A stretch of DNA of 64,000 nt from Candidatus Magasanikiibacteriota bacterium. GTDB lineage: Bacteria > Patescibacteriota > Patescibacteriia > Magasanikbacterales > GWA2-37-8. Shown here one piece after another: positions 1 through 7,747 of this stretch (its first letter is position 1; each line of letters begins with the position of its first letter). The notes below the pieces were generated by a model. It did no database searches, was not told the DNA's origin, and saw only the letters and a list, made by a program, of their open reading frames with translations. The stretch lies in the NCBI GenBank assembly GCA_963802255.1, contig CAWDHY010000002.1:4867-68866 (forward strand). The letters are read 5' to 3'. Position numbers and translations under genes: made by a program.

Positions 1-323
1 TTAGCGCCGTATTTCTCACGATAAAACGCCTGCACTTGTGATATTTTAGCCCGGCTGAATTCCACTTCCATATCGTGCACGCGGTCACTGTCGCTTTCAA
101 CGTCTTCGGCTGAATAGAGTTCGCCGGCATAACCTGCCATATTGAGCGAGCCGTCGGAATGCAAAAATTTACGCAGGCCGTGTTTTGCCAGTGTTTCCTT
201 GTTTACCCGCTCGGAAATTTCCCGCATCATAACAGAAAGCTTTTCAGTGTAATTTTCACGGGCCTTGGGTTTTTCGCGCGGTTTCAGGCGACTAAGCGGG
301 ACGAATTCCCTTTTTCCTTCCAT
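1..323 (-). CDS. Partial hypothetical protein (N-terminal 107 codons; the 3-prime end runs past the window edge)
   Basis: Hand translation of the minus strand from the ATG at 323-321 is open to position 1 (MEGKREFVPLSRLKPREKPKARENYTEKLSVMMREISERVNKETLAKHGLRKFLHSDGSL...). The six-frame track does not list it because no stop lies inside the window. No recognisable domain. Confidence 0.35.
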   Translation of the reverse strand, partial: MEGKREFVPLSRLKPREKPKARENYTEKLSVMMREISERVNKETLAKHGLRKFLHSDGSLNMAGYAGELYSAEDVESDSDRVHDMEVEFSRAKISQVQAFYREKYGA

Positions 324-514
324 AATAGAGGTTTTTATCCGAAATTAACTGTAAAACGTGACATTATTATACCTCTTTTTTGCCTGTGGAGTCAAAAGAA
401 TCAGACCCTCTACATATCACGATAATACCATTGATAAAAAGCCAATATCGTGCTATGGTAACAGCCGAGTTCTCTGACAATTAAAGCAACAAATGCCTGC
501 AAAAGGAGTAGCGC

Positions 515-1411
515 ATGGGAAACGAGATGCCCGTATGGTTAGAGGCGATCGTCGCTGAATGGACGAAGTTCCTCAAGAAGCTTTTCAAGTTTTTGGTAAA
601 GGCGGCCATCGTCATATTCATCTTGCTCGTCATCGCCTGGACCGTGATCTATTTCGTCGGCAAATCTTTTTCGGACAAAATCATGGATCCGGCGAACGGT
701 GAACTCGTGACCATCGCGAGTGCTCTGCCGCTCGCATGCTCCATTGAAGAAGCGGAAAACAGCGAGGACGATTTTGATGAGCTGGCGCAGTTCATCTCGG
801 TCGTTGAGGAACAGAAGGCGAAATGCGGCAGTTCGATGGCGAAAGCCCTCGGCTGTTACCAGGATGCGATGAAAGAGTTCGACGAACCAATGACCTACGT
901 GGAAATCGCGAAAAAGGGCAAACGGCTCTATTCCGCCCAGAAGAAACTGAAAAATCTCCTGGCGCGCACTGTCGCGAGGCTGAAAGCGATAGAAACATAC
1001 GACGACCACAGCGCGGCGCTCAAGAAGGAAATCGTATCGCTCGCATCCTACATAAACAACCATGCCGATATTTTTAGTATGATAACCAACGGCGAAAAGA
1101 TGTCGGAGGAAGTGGAACGGCGGTACACGGAGATAGCGGAGGGAGAAAATCTGAAGGCCGTATCCGACGACCTGAGCGAAAAGTATCCGGACGCGATTGT
1201 CTTTATCTTTCCCACATTCCTCTCTTTCCCCGCTTTCCTCGCCATGGATAAGGGTGTGGAAGAAGCGATGCTGGAACGGTCTGAAGTGTACAGAAAGGCA
1301 AAAACCGAAGGATGCCTGAAAGACGACGACTCAGAAGGTATCTACCTGGTTCCTGCCATTGCTATCGCCATAAACAACGCGTTCAATATTGTTATCAACG
1401 CGGAAGATTGA
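515..1411 (+). CDS. Hypothetical membrane-anchored protein (one N-terminal TM helix, acidic/coiled-coil-like body)
   Basis: 298-aa ORF with a hydrophobic stretch AAIVIFILLVIAWTVIYFV near the N-terminus. GC-richer than most of the window. No recognisable catalytic motif. Confidence 0.5.
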   Translation: MGNEMPVWLEAIVAEWTKFLKKLFKFLVKAAIVIFILLVIAWTVIYFVGKSFSDKIMDPANGELVTIASALPLACSIEEAENSEDDFDELAQFISVVEEQKAKCGSSMAKALGCYQDAMKEFDEPMTYVEIAKKGKRLYSAQKKLKNLLARTVARLKAIETYDDHSAALKKEIVSLASYINNHADIFSMITNGEKMSEEVERRYTEIAEGENLKAVSDDLSEKYPDAIVFIFPTFLSFPAFLAMDKGVEEAMLERSEVYRKAKTEGCLKDDDSEGIYLVPAIAIAINNAFNIVINAED

Positions 1412-1436
1412 ACGGCGCCCGGTTACGGGAGGACAA

Positions 1437-1646
1437 ATGAAGGAAAAGGATAGTACAGTCAGGAGGTACTTGATTACCTGCACGAAATGCGGAGCGAGTG
1501 GCGTTGTTTACGCCTTGGATCTGGACGATGTGAGAAAACAAGCCGAGCAGATGCACGCTAATTTTCTGAGAATTTACGAAGTGAAATGCACCACAAAGGC
1601 TGTTTTCCGTGTGTGTTGCCCCCTAGGCTCATTTATAGAGCTTTAG
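1437..1646 (+). CDS. Small Cys-containing hypothetical protein (~69 aa)
   Basis: Internal ATG of ORF 1389..1646 preceded by GGGAGG 6 nt upstream. Contains CTKC ... C ... CC, possibly metal-binding. Weak call. Confidence 0.3.
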   Translation: MKEKDSTVRRYLITCTKCGASGVVYALDLDDVRKQAEQMHANFLRIYEVKCTTKAVFRVCCPLGSFIEL

Positions 1647-1801
1647 CGCGGATATGGAAACCGCGACCAATAATAATAGTACCTTGATTCCCCCGTCACT
1701 TGTTATGGCGGGGGTTTTCTTTTTTAAAAAAATAAAAACGCCTGCGAGATTCAGTTTTTTGGAGGAAAGTCAATGTTACCAGCATATCTCCGACACACGC
1801 T

Positions 1802-1830
1802 CTTGACAAAACCTCTATTTTATGCTATAC
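1802..1830 (+). promoter_or_regulatory. Consensus sigma70-type promoter (TTGACA-17-TATACT) upstream of the cold-shock gene
   Basis: TTGACA at 1802-1807, 17-nt spacer, TATACT at 1825-1830. The csp ATG is ~88 nt downstream, giving the long leader typical of csp genes. Confidence 0.6.
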
Positions 1831-1917
1831 TATCTATCTAAAAAGTTAGTCTCCAAGTAGAAACTAGTCGAATTTCTGCAGAGGCCACTTTGCAGATTTA
1901 TTCACTATTTTCTATCT

Positions 1918-2121
1918 ATGAACGGAAAAATTCAAAGATTGACAGATAAGGGTTTTGGTTTCATTGCTCCTGAAGGGAGCACTGATGGGAAGGATCTTTT
2001 CTTCCACTCCACCGCCCTTGTAGGCGTTACCTTCGACGAATTACGCGAAGGCGATGCCGTGACCTTTGAGACCGAGCAATCGGATAAAGGTCCTCGCGCG
2101 ATCAACGTGACCCGCGTCTAA
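1918..2121 (+). CDS. cspA: Cold-shock protein, CspA family
   Basis: 67 aa; KGFGFI and FFH RNP-like motifs (MNGKIQRLTDKGFGFIAPEG...DLFFHSTAL). Confidence 0.9.
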   Translation: MNGKIQRLTDKGFGFIAPEGSTDGKDLFFHSTALVGVTFDELREGDAVTFETEQSDKGPRAINVTRV

Positions 2122-2130
2122 CCATCTGTT

Positions 2131-2166
2131 ACTAAAAAACTCCGCTGAAAAGCGGAGTTTTTGTTT
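2131..2166. terminator. Rho-independent terminator, bidirectional (between convergent csp and helicase genes)
   Basis: A-run, hairpin CTCCGCTGAAAAGCGGAG, then a T-run. Confidence 0.6.
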
Positions 2167-2179
2167 ACCCAATTAAATT

Positions 2180-3571
2180 TTAATCCCGCAAAAACTCGGA
2201 CACGACCGGGTCGGTAATAATATGCCGGGGCATAAGCGGTTGAATAAGGATAATTCCTTCAAGCGAAGTACAACGCGACAAAGCGACATATAGCTGGCCG
2301 GAAGCAAACATCCCCCGCCCGATATCCAAGACCACGCGGTCAAATGTTTTACCCTGCGCTTTGTGAATCGTCACCGCCCAGGCAAGTTTGAGAGGCAGTT
2401 GGGTGAAGGCGCCGATTTCTTCCGCTTCAATTTTTTGTTGTGAAACATTGAAATGATAATGGTGTGCCTTCCAGGTGTATGGTTCAACTTCCACCACTTC
2501 CCCATCCGACAGTTTTACACTTACGCCCGGGGAGCCGTAATTACTTTTTTTAAAATCAACCACGCGCCCGATTGTGCCATTGACCCAGCGTTTGGCGGAA
2601 TCGTTATTGATAAGCATCACCTGCGCGCCGACTTTGAGTTGCAATATTTCATCAGTCGGATAAGCGCGGTCGTCAAAATGTCCGTATGAGCTAGCTTTGA
2701 ATGATTGAGGTTTGCCGGACAAGCGGTTTAAACGTGCGCCGTTTATTTCCGCCGCCGCCTGATTGGTGGCAGTGAGATATATGCGATAGTCCTCATCACT
2801 CAATTGAAAATTTTGGTCGTGTCGTTCATTAAGCTCGGCCAGATCTTCGGCAGTCGCCTCGTTATCGCGCACACGATTCAGTAAACGGATAAAGTTCGCG
2901 TCTTTCTGACGGTGAACTTCATTGAGTTCAAATTTTATAAAATCATTGGATGGTCCGACCAACTGCCGGTCGCGCAAAACATTGGCGGAAAAAAAATATG
3001 GCGTGCGGTACAAAGAGAAAAAAGCTTCGCGCTCGGCTTCGGTGATAACCGGTGGTAATTGACACATGTCGCCAAAGACAACGAGCCGGGCACCGCCAAA
3101 CGCCCGGCCGCGTTCACGGCCGTTCAGACGCATAAATTTATCCACGCAATCGAGCAGGTCGGCGCGCACCATGGAAACTTCATCAATCACAATGGACTCA
3201 ATTTTTTTATACATATTTTCCGCGCCCTCTTTAATATAATGGCGCCGGATATCGGCCGGAGTAATGCCCGGATGAAAACCGAAAAACGAATGTATAGTCT
3301 GACCGCGGACATTAAGCGCGGCCACGCCGGTCGGCGCGAGTACAACAATATTTTGTTTGGTTTTAGCACGCCAATAATCGAGTAAAGTGGATTTTCCTGT
3401 ACCGGCCCGTCCGGTGATAAAAATATTTTCCGGATTGTTTTCAAGCGCATCAAGCACGGTCCGCCATTCATCATTTATGGTTAGGTGATCAAAACGGCCG
3501 GCGTCTTCTTTGACCGGACGCACGGCGTATGCTTTTTCTTTTTTCTTTTTCTTGGCGTATTTTTTGTACAT
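2180..3571 (-). CDS. PIF1/RecD-family ATP-dependent DNA helicase
   Basis: Walker A GRAGTGKSTLL, DEVSMV Walker B-like, C-terminal TIHKAQGKTFDRVVLD motif typical of RecD/PIF1 helicases. Confidence 0.8.
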   Translation of the reverse strand: MYKKYAKKKKKEKAYAVRPVKEDAGRFDHLTINDEWRTVLDALENNPENIFITGRAGTGKSTLLDYWRAKTKQNIVVLAPTGVAALNVRGQTIHSFFGFHPGITPADIRRHYIKEGAENMYKKIESIVIDEVSMVRADLLDCVDKFMRLNGRERGRAFGGARLVVFGDMCQLPPVITEAEREAFFSLYRTPYFFSANVLRDRQLVGPSNDFIKFELNEVHRQKDANFIRLLNRVRDNEATAEDLAELNERHDQNFQLSDEDYRIYLTATNQAAAEINGARLNRLSGKPQSFKASSYGHFDDRAYPTDEILQLKVGAQVMLINNDSAKRWVNGTIGRVVDFKKSNYGSPGVSVKLSDGEVVEVEPYTWKAHHYHFNVSQQKIEAEEIGAFTQLPLKLAWAVTIHKAQGKTFDRVVLDIGRGMFASGQLYVALSRCTSLEGIILIQPLMPRHIITDPVVSEFLRD

Positions 3572-3607
3572 AATTTTTGGGCATTTAACAGGGTGAAGTT
3601 ATCCACA

Positions 3608-3637
3608 TTGACAAGGTGAACACTTGTTCACTATACT
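3608..3637 (+). promoter_or_regulatory. lexA promoter (TTGACA-18-TATACT) with an embedded Cheo-type LexA box GAAC-N4-GTTC
   Basis: TTGACA 3608-3613; the palindrome gtGAACacttGTTCac (GAAC 3618-3621, GTTC 3626-3629) lies inside the spacer; TATACT 3632-3637. Confidence 0.6.
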
Positions 3638-3768
3638 ACCACATAGAGGATAGGTGGACAATATTACTTATACACAAGCTAAAATCGTCATTCCGAACTT
3701 GTTTCGGAATCTTAGATCCTGAAATAAATTCAGGATGACAACAAACATTATACACAACTATTATCTAT

Positions 3769-4341
3769 ATGGGAAAAAACTACCTGGGGTTTTTCAACAA
3801 ATTCTATAAAAGCAAACGGCGACTACCGAGCTACCGCGAATTTATGGCACTCTCCGGACTCAAGTCAACCAATGCGGTGCATAAAATCGTAGCGAAACTG
3901 GTTGACGAAGGTTTTTTGCGCCGTGATGACGGTGGACGATTGGCGCCGGGACGCAGATTTTTGGAATTGCCTCTTTTAGGCGATATTGCCGCCGGCTTCC
4001 CTACTCCGGCCGAAGAAGAATTGTGCGACACCATGAGTTTGGACGAATACTTAATCGGACGCAAAGAAGCAACATATATGCTCAAAGTCAGCGGCGATTC
4101 CATGATTGAAGCCGGAATAATGCCGGGCGATTTGGTTCTGGTGGAACGCGGACGCCAACCGCGCGACGGAGATGTGGTAGTAGCCGAAGTGGACCACGCC
4201 TGGACTTTAAAATATTTTAAAAAAACCGGAGAAAAAATTACGCTCATGCCGGCTAACCGCCGTTATCAGCCAATTGTGCCGACCGAAGAATTAAATATCG
4301 CGGCAGTGGTGGTGGGAGCGGTACGCAAATACAAAGTTTAA
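3769..4341 (+). CDS. lexA: LexA repressor (S24 peptidase)
   Basis: N-terminal winged-helix region, AAG cleavage-site context, and the Ser/Lys dyad motifs VSGDSM and TLKYF. Confidence 0.85.
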   Translation: MGKNYLGFFNKFYKSKRRLPSYREFMALSGLKSTNAVHKIVAKLVDEGFLRRDDGGRLAPGRRFLELPLLGDIAAGFPTPAEEELCDTMSLDEYLIGRKEATYMLKVSGDSMIEAGIMPGDLVLVERGRQPRDGDVVVAEVDHAWTLKYFKKTGEKITLMPANRRYQPIVPTEELNIAAVVVGAVRKYKV

Positions 4342-4343
4342 GT

Positions 4344-5642
4344 ATGTTCGCCATTTCTTCATTCCCCAAAGCAATACTGCACGTCGATGGCGACGCGTTT
4401 TTTGCTTCATGCGAACAATCGCGCCATCCCGAACTTAAAGGCAAACCGGTGGTAACCGGCAAAGAACGCGGAATCGCTTCGTCTATGAGTTATGAAGCCA
4501 AGGCGCGTGGAGTAACCCGCGGTATGCCTCTGTTTCAAATCCGCCGGGTTTGCCCTGACGCGGTTATTTTGCCGTCTGACTATGAAACCTATTCCCTGCT
4601 CTCCCGCCGTTTGTACGCCATTGTACGGCGCTACACGCATGCTGTAGAAGAATATGGAATAGACGAATGCTTTGCCGACCTTACCGGTTATGGCAACAAG
4701 CACGGCTCGGGATACACGCAAATAGCGGAAAAAATTAAACAAAATTTAGACAGTGAGCTGGGGTTCACTTTTTCTGTGGGGCTGGCGCCAAGCAAAGTGC
4801 TGGCTAAAGTCGGTTCCAAATGGAAAAAACCGTCCGGCCTGACTGTTATATCCACGCGCGACCGCTGGAGATTTTTGGATAAATGGCCGGCGGAAAAAGT
4901 TTGGGGTATCGGTCCGGCCACTGCCACTTTTTTAAAAAGACATAATTTTTTTATGGCCGGTGATTTTGCCCGTGCTAACGAATGGTGGGTAAAAAATAAT
5001 CTTTCCCGGCCGTTTTGGGAAATCTGGCAGGAATTAAACGGTGCTTCAGTAATGCCTTTGCATATGGAAGAAAAGTCATCATATTATTCAGTTCAAAAAT
5101 TTAAGACATTCACTCCGCCGAGCACTGATCCTGATTTTATTTTTTCACAGCTTTCCAAAAATATTGAAAACGCCTGTATCAAAGCACGACGGCATAAACT
5201 GATCGCCGGAACCATGGCTATAGTTTTAAGGACGCAGGACTTCCGTCATTTTGGCGCTGAGTTTAAATTATCGCGTCCGTCGGCCATGCCACAAGAAATT
5301 ATTGCGTCATCGCGCGATGTTTTTTCTTCTCTACTCCGGCGAGGCGTTCAGTACCGCGCCACCGGTATCATACTGGCAGATTTAAATCCGGCTGTAATCC
5401 AACCTGACTTGTTTACTTCGGGCGCGCAAATGCAAAAAATGGTGAAGCTATATGAAAGCGTAGATGAGCTGGCAAAAAAATACGGCAAGCATGCTATTTT
5501 TTTGGGCTCCAGTTTTGAAGCGCAGAAATTCGGAGCACATCTCGGCGACCGCGGTGACACGCCGGTACGACACAGCGACAAACTTTTCGGTGAAACCAAA
5601 CGTAAACGGCTGGGTATTCCGATGCTGTTTGCAGAAGTATAA
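4344..5642 (+). CDS. Y-family translesion DNA polymerase (DinB/UmuC-like)
   Basis: ILHVDGDAFFASCE N-terminal motif of Y-family polymerases. Starts 3 nt after the lexA stop (lexA-polY operon). The 432 aa length is closer to UmuC/Pol V-like than to a short DinB. Confidence 0.85.
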   Translation: MFAISSFPKAILHVDGDAFFASCEQSRHPELKGKPVVTGKERGIASSMSYEAKARGVTRGMPLFQIRRVCPDAVILPSDYETYSLLSRRLYAIVRRYTHAVEEYGIDECFADLTGYGNKHGSGYTQIAEKIKQNLDSELGFTFSVGLAPSKVLAKVGSKWKKPSGLTVISTRDRWRFLDKWPAEKVWGIGPATATFLKRHNFFMAGDFARANEWWVKNNLSRPFWEIWQELNGASVMPLHMEEKSSYYSVQKFKTFTPPSTDPDFIFSQLSKNIENACIKARRHKLIAGTMAIVLRTQDFRHFGAEFKLSRPSAMPQEIIASSRDVFSSLLRRGVQYRATGIILADLNPAVIQPDLFTSGAQMQKMVKLYESVDELAKKYGKHAIFLGSSFEAQKFGAHLGDRGDTPVRHSDKLFGETKRKRLGIPMLFAEV

Positions 5643-5682
5643 AAAAACGCCGGCGATTAAATCACCGGCGCGGGAAGGAACG
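5642..5682. terminator. Hairpin terminator (A-run / GC hairpin) between convergent genes
   Basis: aaaaaaaCGCCGGCGATTaaATCACCGGCGcgg. It reads as stem then T-run on the minus strand, terminating the 5709..6146 gene. Confidence 0.45.
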
Positions 5683-5708
5683 CTTGAACAATATTTAATG
5701 AACGATGG

Positions 5709-6146
5709 TCAGTTAAGAATGAACTTGCCTTTGGCGGGCGGTGTCTCAGGGGTGGATGTCAGAATATCTACGCATTCAAAGTACACGTTGAGTGGCTTGA
5801 ACATTGCAGCAACGGCATCATCACTAATTGCCTGCTTGGTGGTAGTCTTCAAAATCACCGCTGAAATTTTTTCGGTAATATTTGATACGGTCCTGAAACG
5901 TGTCAAAACCCGATCCAAAGCATCTCCTACTTCCTGTAGATCTGACATCTCCAATGCTGAATGTAAAAACTTGGTCTCTTCAGCATTAAGATTGAATGTA
6001 CTATTTACCATGGCGATAGCGACCTTGCCAATTTGCTTGGAAAAAAATGGCTGGCTGATAAATCCTTTTCCACGAATAAATCCACAGGGCTTCCTAAAGG
6101 TATCGGCGTCGTAAATAAACCAGGCACGCGCGATAAACAACCCCAT
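5709..6146 (-). CDS. Hypothetical protein (145 aa)
   Basis: Strong RBS on the minus strand (taAGGAGGtgcgacATG). Chosen over the overlapping plus-strand ORF 5464..6114. Confidence 0.5.
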   Translation of the reverse strand: MGLFIARAWFIYDADTFRKPCGFIRGKGFISQPFFSKQIGKVAIAMVNSTFNLNAEETKFLHSALEMSDLQEVGDALDRVLTRFRTVSNITEKISAVILKTTTKQAISDDAVAAMFKPLNVYFECVDILTSTPETPPAKGKFILN

Positions 6147-6300
6147 GTCGCACCTCCTTATTATTTTTTTACAGAATGTTACAACAGAATATCAGTTTTT
6201 TTGTCATTTGTCAATATTACACCTGCTAATCTTGACAAAAAGACTTAAAAAATCGTACAATGCAAAAAACAAAAACTATAGAATAAAGAAGGAGGAAAAA

Positions 6301-6762
6301 ATGAGTTTGCATGAAATGGCAATGTTCTACGCAGAATGCATGGCCGGCCTAAAAAAACAGATGCGCATCCCTCCAAAACGGCACGTCCGCGTACTCCTGA
6401 TCGATGACTGCGAAATCGCGATTGCCGGAGTACGCACCCTTCTCGGCCACTGGAACAACCTCGGGCTTCTCACCGTCATCCAGACCGCTGGAAAGATGCC
6501 CTATTACGACCTGGACAGCGATATTGCTTTGGTCGATGAGGATTTGGACGGCACCACCGGCACGGTCGTTGCCGAAGATCTGCGCAATAAGATGCTCTAC
6601 GGCCCCATCGCTTCGATCGGGCAGAGCGAGGAAAAACCGCAGGGATTCAAGTATCATTTCAACCGCAAGATTCGTGTCGGTCTTTTCCTTCCGGATACGA
6701 AAGAGTTCATCGAGTTCATGAATTTGCTCATTGAAGAGGTTTTGCGCAACCGGATGGAATAA
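6301..6762 (+). CDS. Stand-alone CheY-like receiver-domain protein (possibly atypical)
   Basis: Start moved to the internal ATG preceded by gaAGGAGGaaaaaATG. RVLLIDDCEIA and IALVDEDLDG resemble the DD pair and phospho-acceptor Asp region of receiver domains. A TTGACA-18-TACAAT promoter lies at ~6231-6260. Confidence 0.5.
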   Translation: MSLHEMAMFYAECMAGLKKQMRIPPKRHVRVLLIDDCEIAIAGVRTLLGHWNNLGLLTVIQTAGKMPYYDLDSDIALVDEDLDGTTGTVVAEDLRNKMLYGPIASIGQSEEKPQGFKYHFNRKIRVGLFLPDTKEFIEFMNLLIEEVLRNRME

Positions 6763-6810
6763 CCGGCACGTGCGCAAAATTTAATTTCCGTTCCTTGGAT
6801 TTTATCCAAC

Positions 6811-6850
6811 AAGCCCCTACGCGACATTTGCGTCGGGGCTTTTTTATTTT
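6811..6850 (+). terminator. Rho-independent terminator
   Basis: Hairpin AGCCCCTACGCGAC-ATTT-GCGTCGGGGCT followed by TTTTTTATTTT. Confidence 0.6.
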
Positions 6851-6856
6851 CGTATA

Positions 6857-6885
6857 TTGAAAAAATTTTAAAATCATGTTATACT
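6857..6885 (+). promoter_or_regulatory. Sigma70-like promoter TTGAAA-17-TATACT
   Basis: TTGAAA 6857-6862, TATACT 6880-6885; ~100 nt upstream of the GNAT-like gene. Confidence 0.4.
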
Positions 6886-6982
6886 TTTTACGCTTTTAGG
6901 CAAAAAACGTTCATTGAACAATTCAAAGGCGACATACTATGAAAACAACGCATTTTCAACCTGATGTAAATGGAGGGCTCAG

Positions 6983-7729
6983 ATGAGTGAAAGGTCAAAA
7001 ATTGTTATCCGGCACGGCGTTGAAGGCGACGTCCCGGCTATCGTGTCGATTGAACAGCAGGCTTACGAGGGCACCGGCTGCGCGCCCTTTACCCGGGAAC
7101 ATGTCCATTGCTGGTTGGAAACTCATCCGGACGGATTCCTGGTGGCAGAAAAGAACGGAGAAGTAAAAGCATTCTGTTATCTTCAACTGATTGATTTCGA
7201 TCCCGGACATCAGATGACCTCCAAGACCTACGACGACCTCACCGACCACGGCTACTCGCGTTCCACACATAAACCGAATGGAAATTCGTTTTGCATGATT
7301 ACATTGGATTCCCTTTCACCGGGAGTCGGGCTGACTCTCATCAAAAACCTCGGCAAACACATTACAAGCCGTGGAAAACCGTATGCCGTAGGCACGTCAC
7401 GCATATCCGGCTTCGCCGCCTACTTGGAAAAGATCCATAATCTTGGTATAATAAACAAGAATCTTTTGGACAAAGATGCCGAGGTTAAGATCGCTCTCTG
7501 GTATGCGGCTCAAACTGTGAAACGGACTCGCGGCACATTTGACAGTACGTGCCCGCCAATTCCGAACATTGACCTGCCGGCGCCCGGAAAGTCTGATCCT
7601 GTTCTCGGTTTCTACACAGGGAACGGTCTTTCCATGCATTCTGTGTTCCCCGATTTCCTCGAAGACGCGCAAAGCCGCAACTTTTCGGTAATCGTTGTCT
7701 ACCGCAGCCCGTGTTGTTACCAACTCTGA
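6983..7729 (+). CDS. GNAT-family N-acetyltransferase-like protein
   Basis: N-terminal IRHGVEGDVPAIVSIEQQAYEG pattern typical of GNAT folds. GC-rich relative to its neighbours. Confidence 0.5.
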   Translation: MSERSKIVIRHGVEGDVPAIVSIEQQAYEGTGCAPFTREHVHCWLETHPDGFLVAEKNGEVKAFCYLQLIDFDPGHQMTSKTYDDLTDHGYSRSTHKPNGNSFCMITLDSLSPGVGLTLIKNLGKHITSRGKPYAVGTSRISGFAAYLEKIHNLGIINKNLLDKDAEVKIALWYAAQTVKRTRGTFDSTCPPIPNIDLPAPGKSDPVLGFYTGNGLSMHSVFPDFLEDAQSRNFSVIVVYRSPCCYQL

Positions 7730-7747
7730 CCTACCATATATCAAACT

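Noticed and set aside
159-425. Plus-strand 88-aa ORF at the left edge
   Set aside because: Overlaps a longer minus-strand frame that is open from an ATG at 323 to the window edge. The plus ORF has no RBS and no motif, so it is treated as a shadow ORF.
539-1063. Antisense ORFs inside the 515..1411 gene (539..1063, 792..998, 823..1077)
   Set aside because: GC-rich coding regions generate long antisense ORFs. None has a start context or a motif. Shadow ORFs.
5464-6114. Plus-strand 216-aa ORF overlapping the 3-prime end of the Y-family polymerase and the 145-aa gene
   Set aside because: Starts inside the polymerase gene. The antisense ORF 5709..6146 has a perfect AGGAGG RBS and sensible boundaries (terminator at 5642-5682). 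Called as shadow.
6145-6300. N-terminal extension of ORF 6145..6762 (205 aa)
   Set aside because: The extension runs through the promoter region. An internal ATG at 6301 has a strong AAGGAGG RBS. The upstream part also contains a TTGACA-18-TACAAT promoter.
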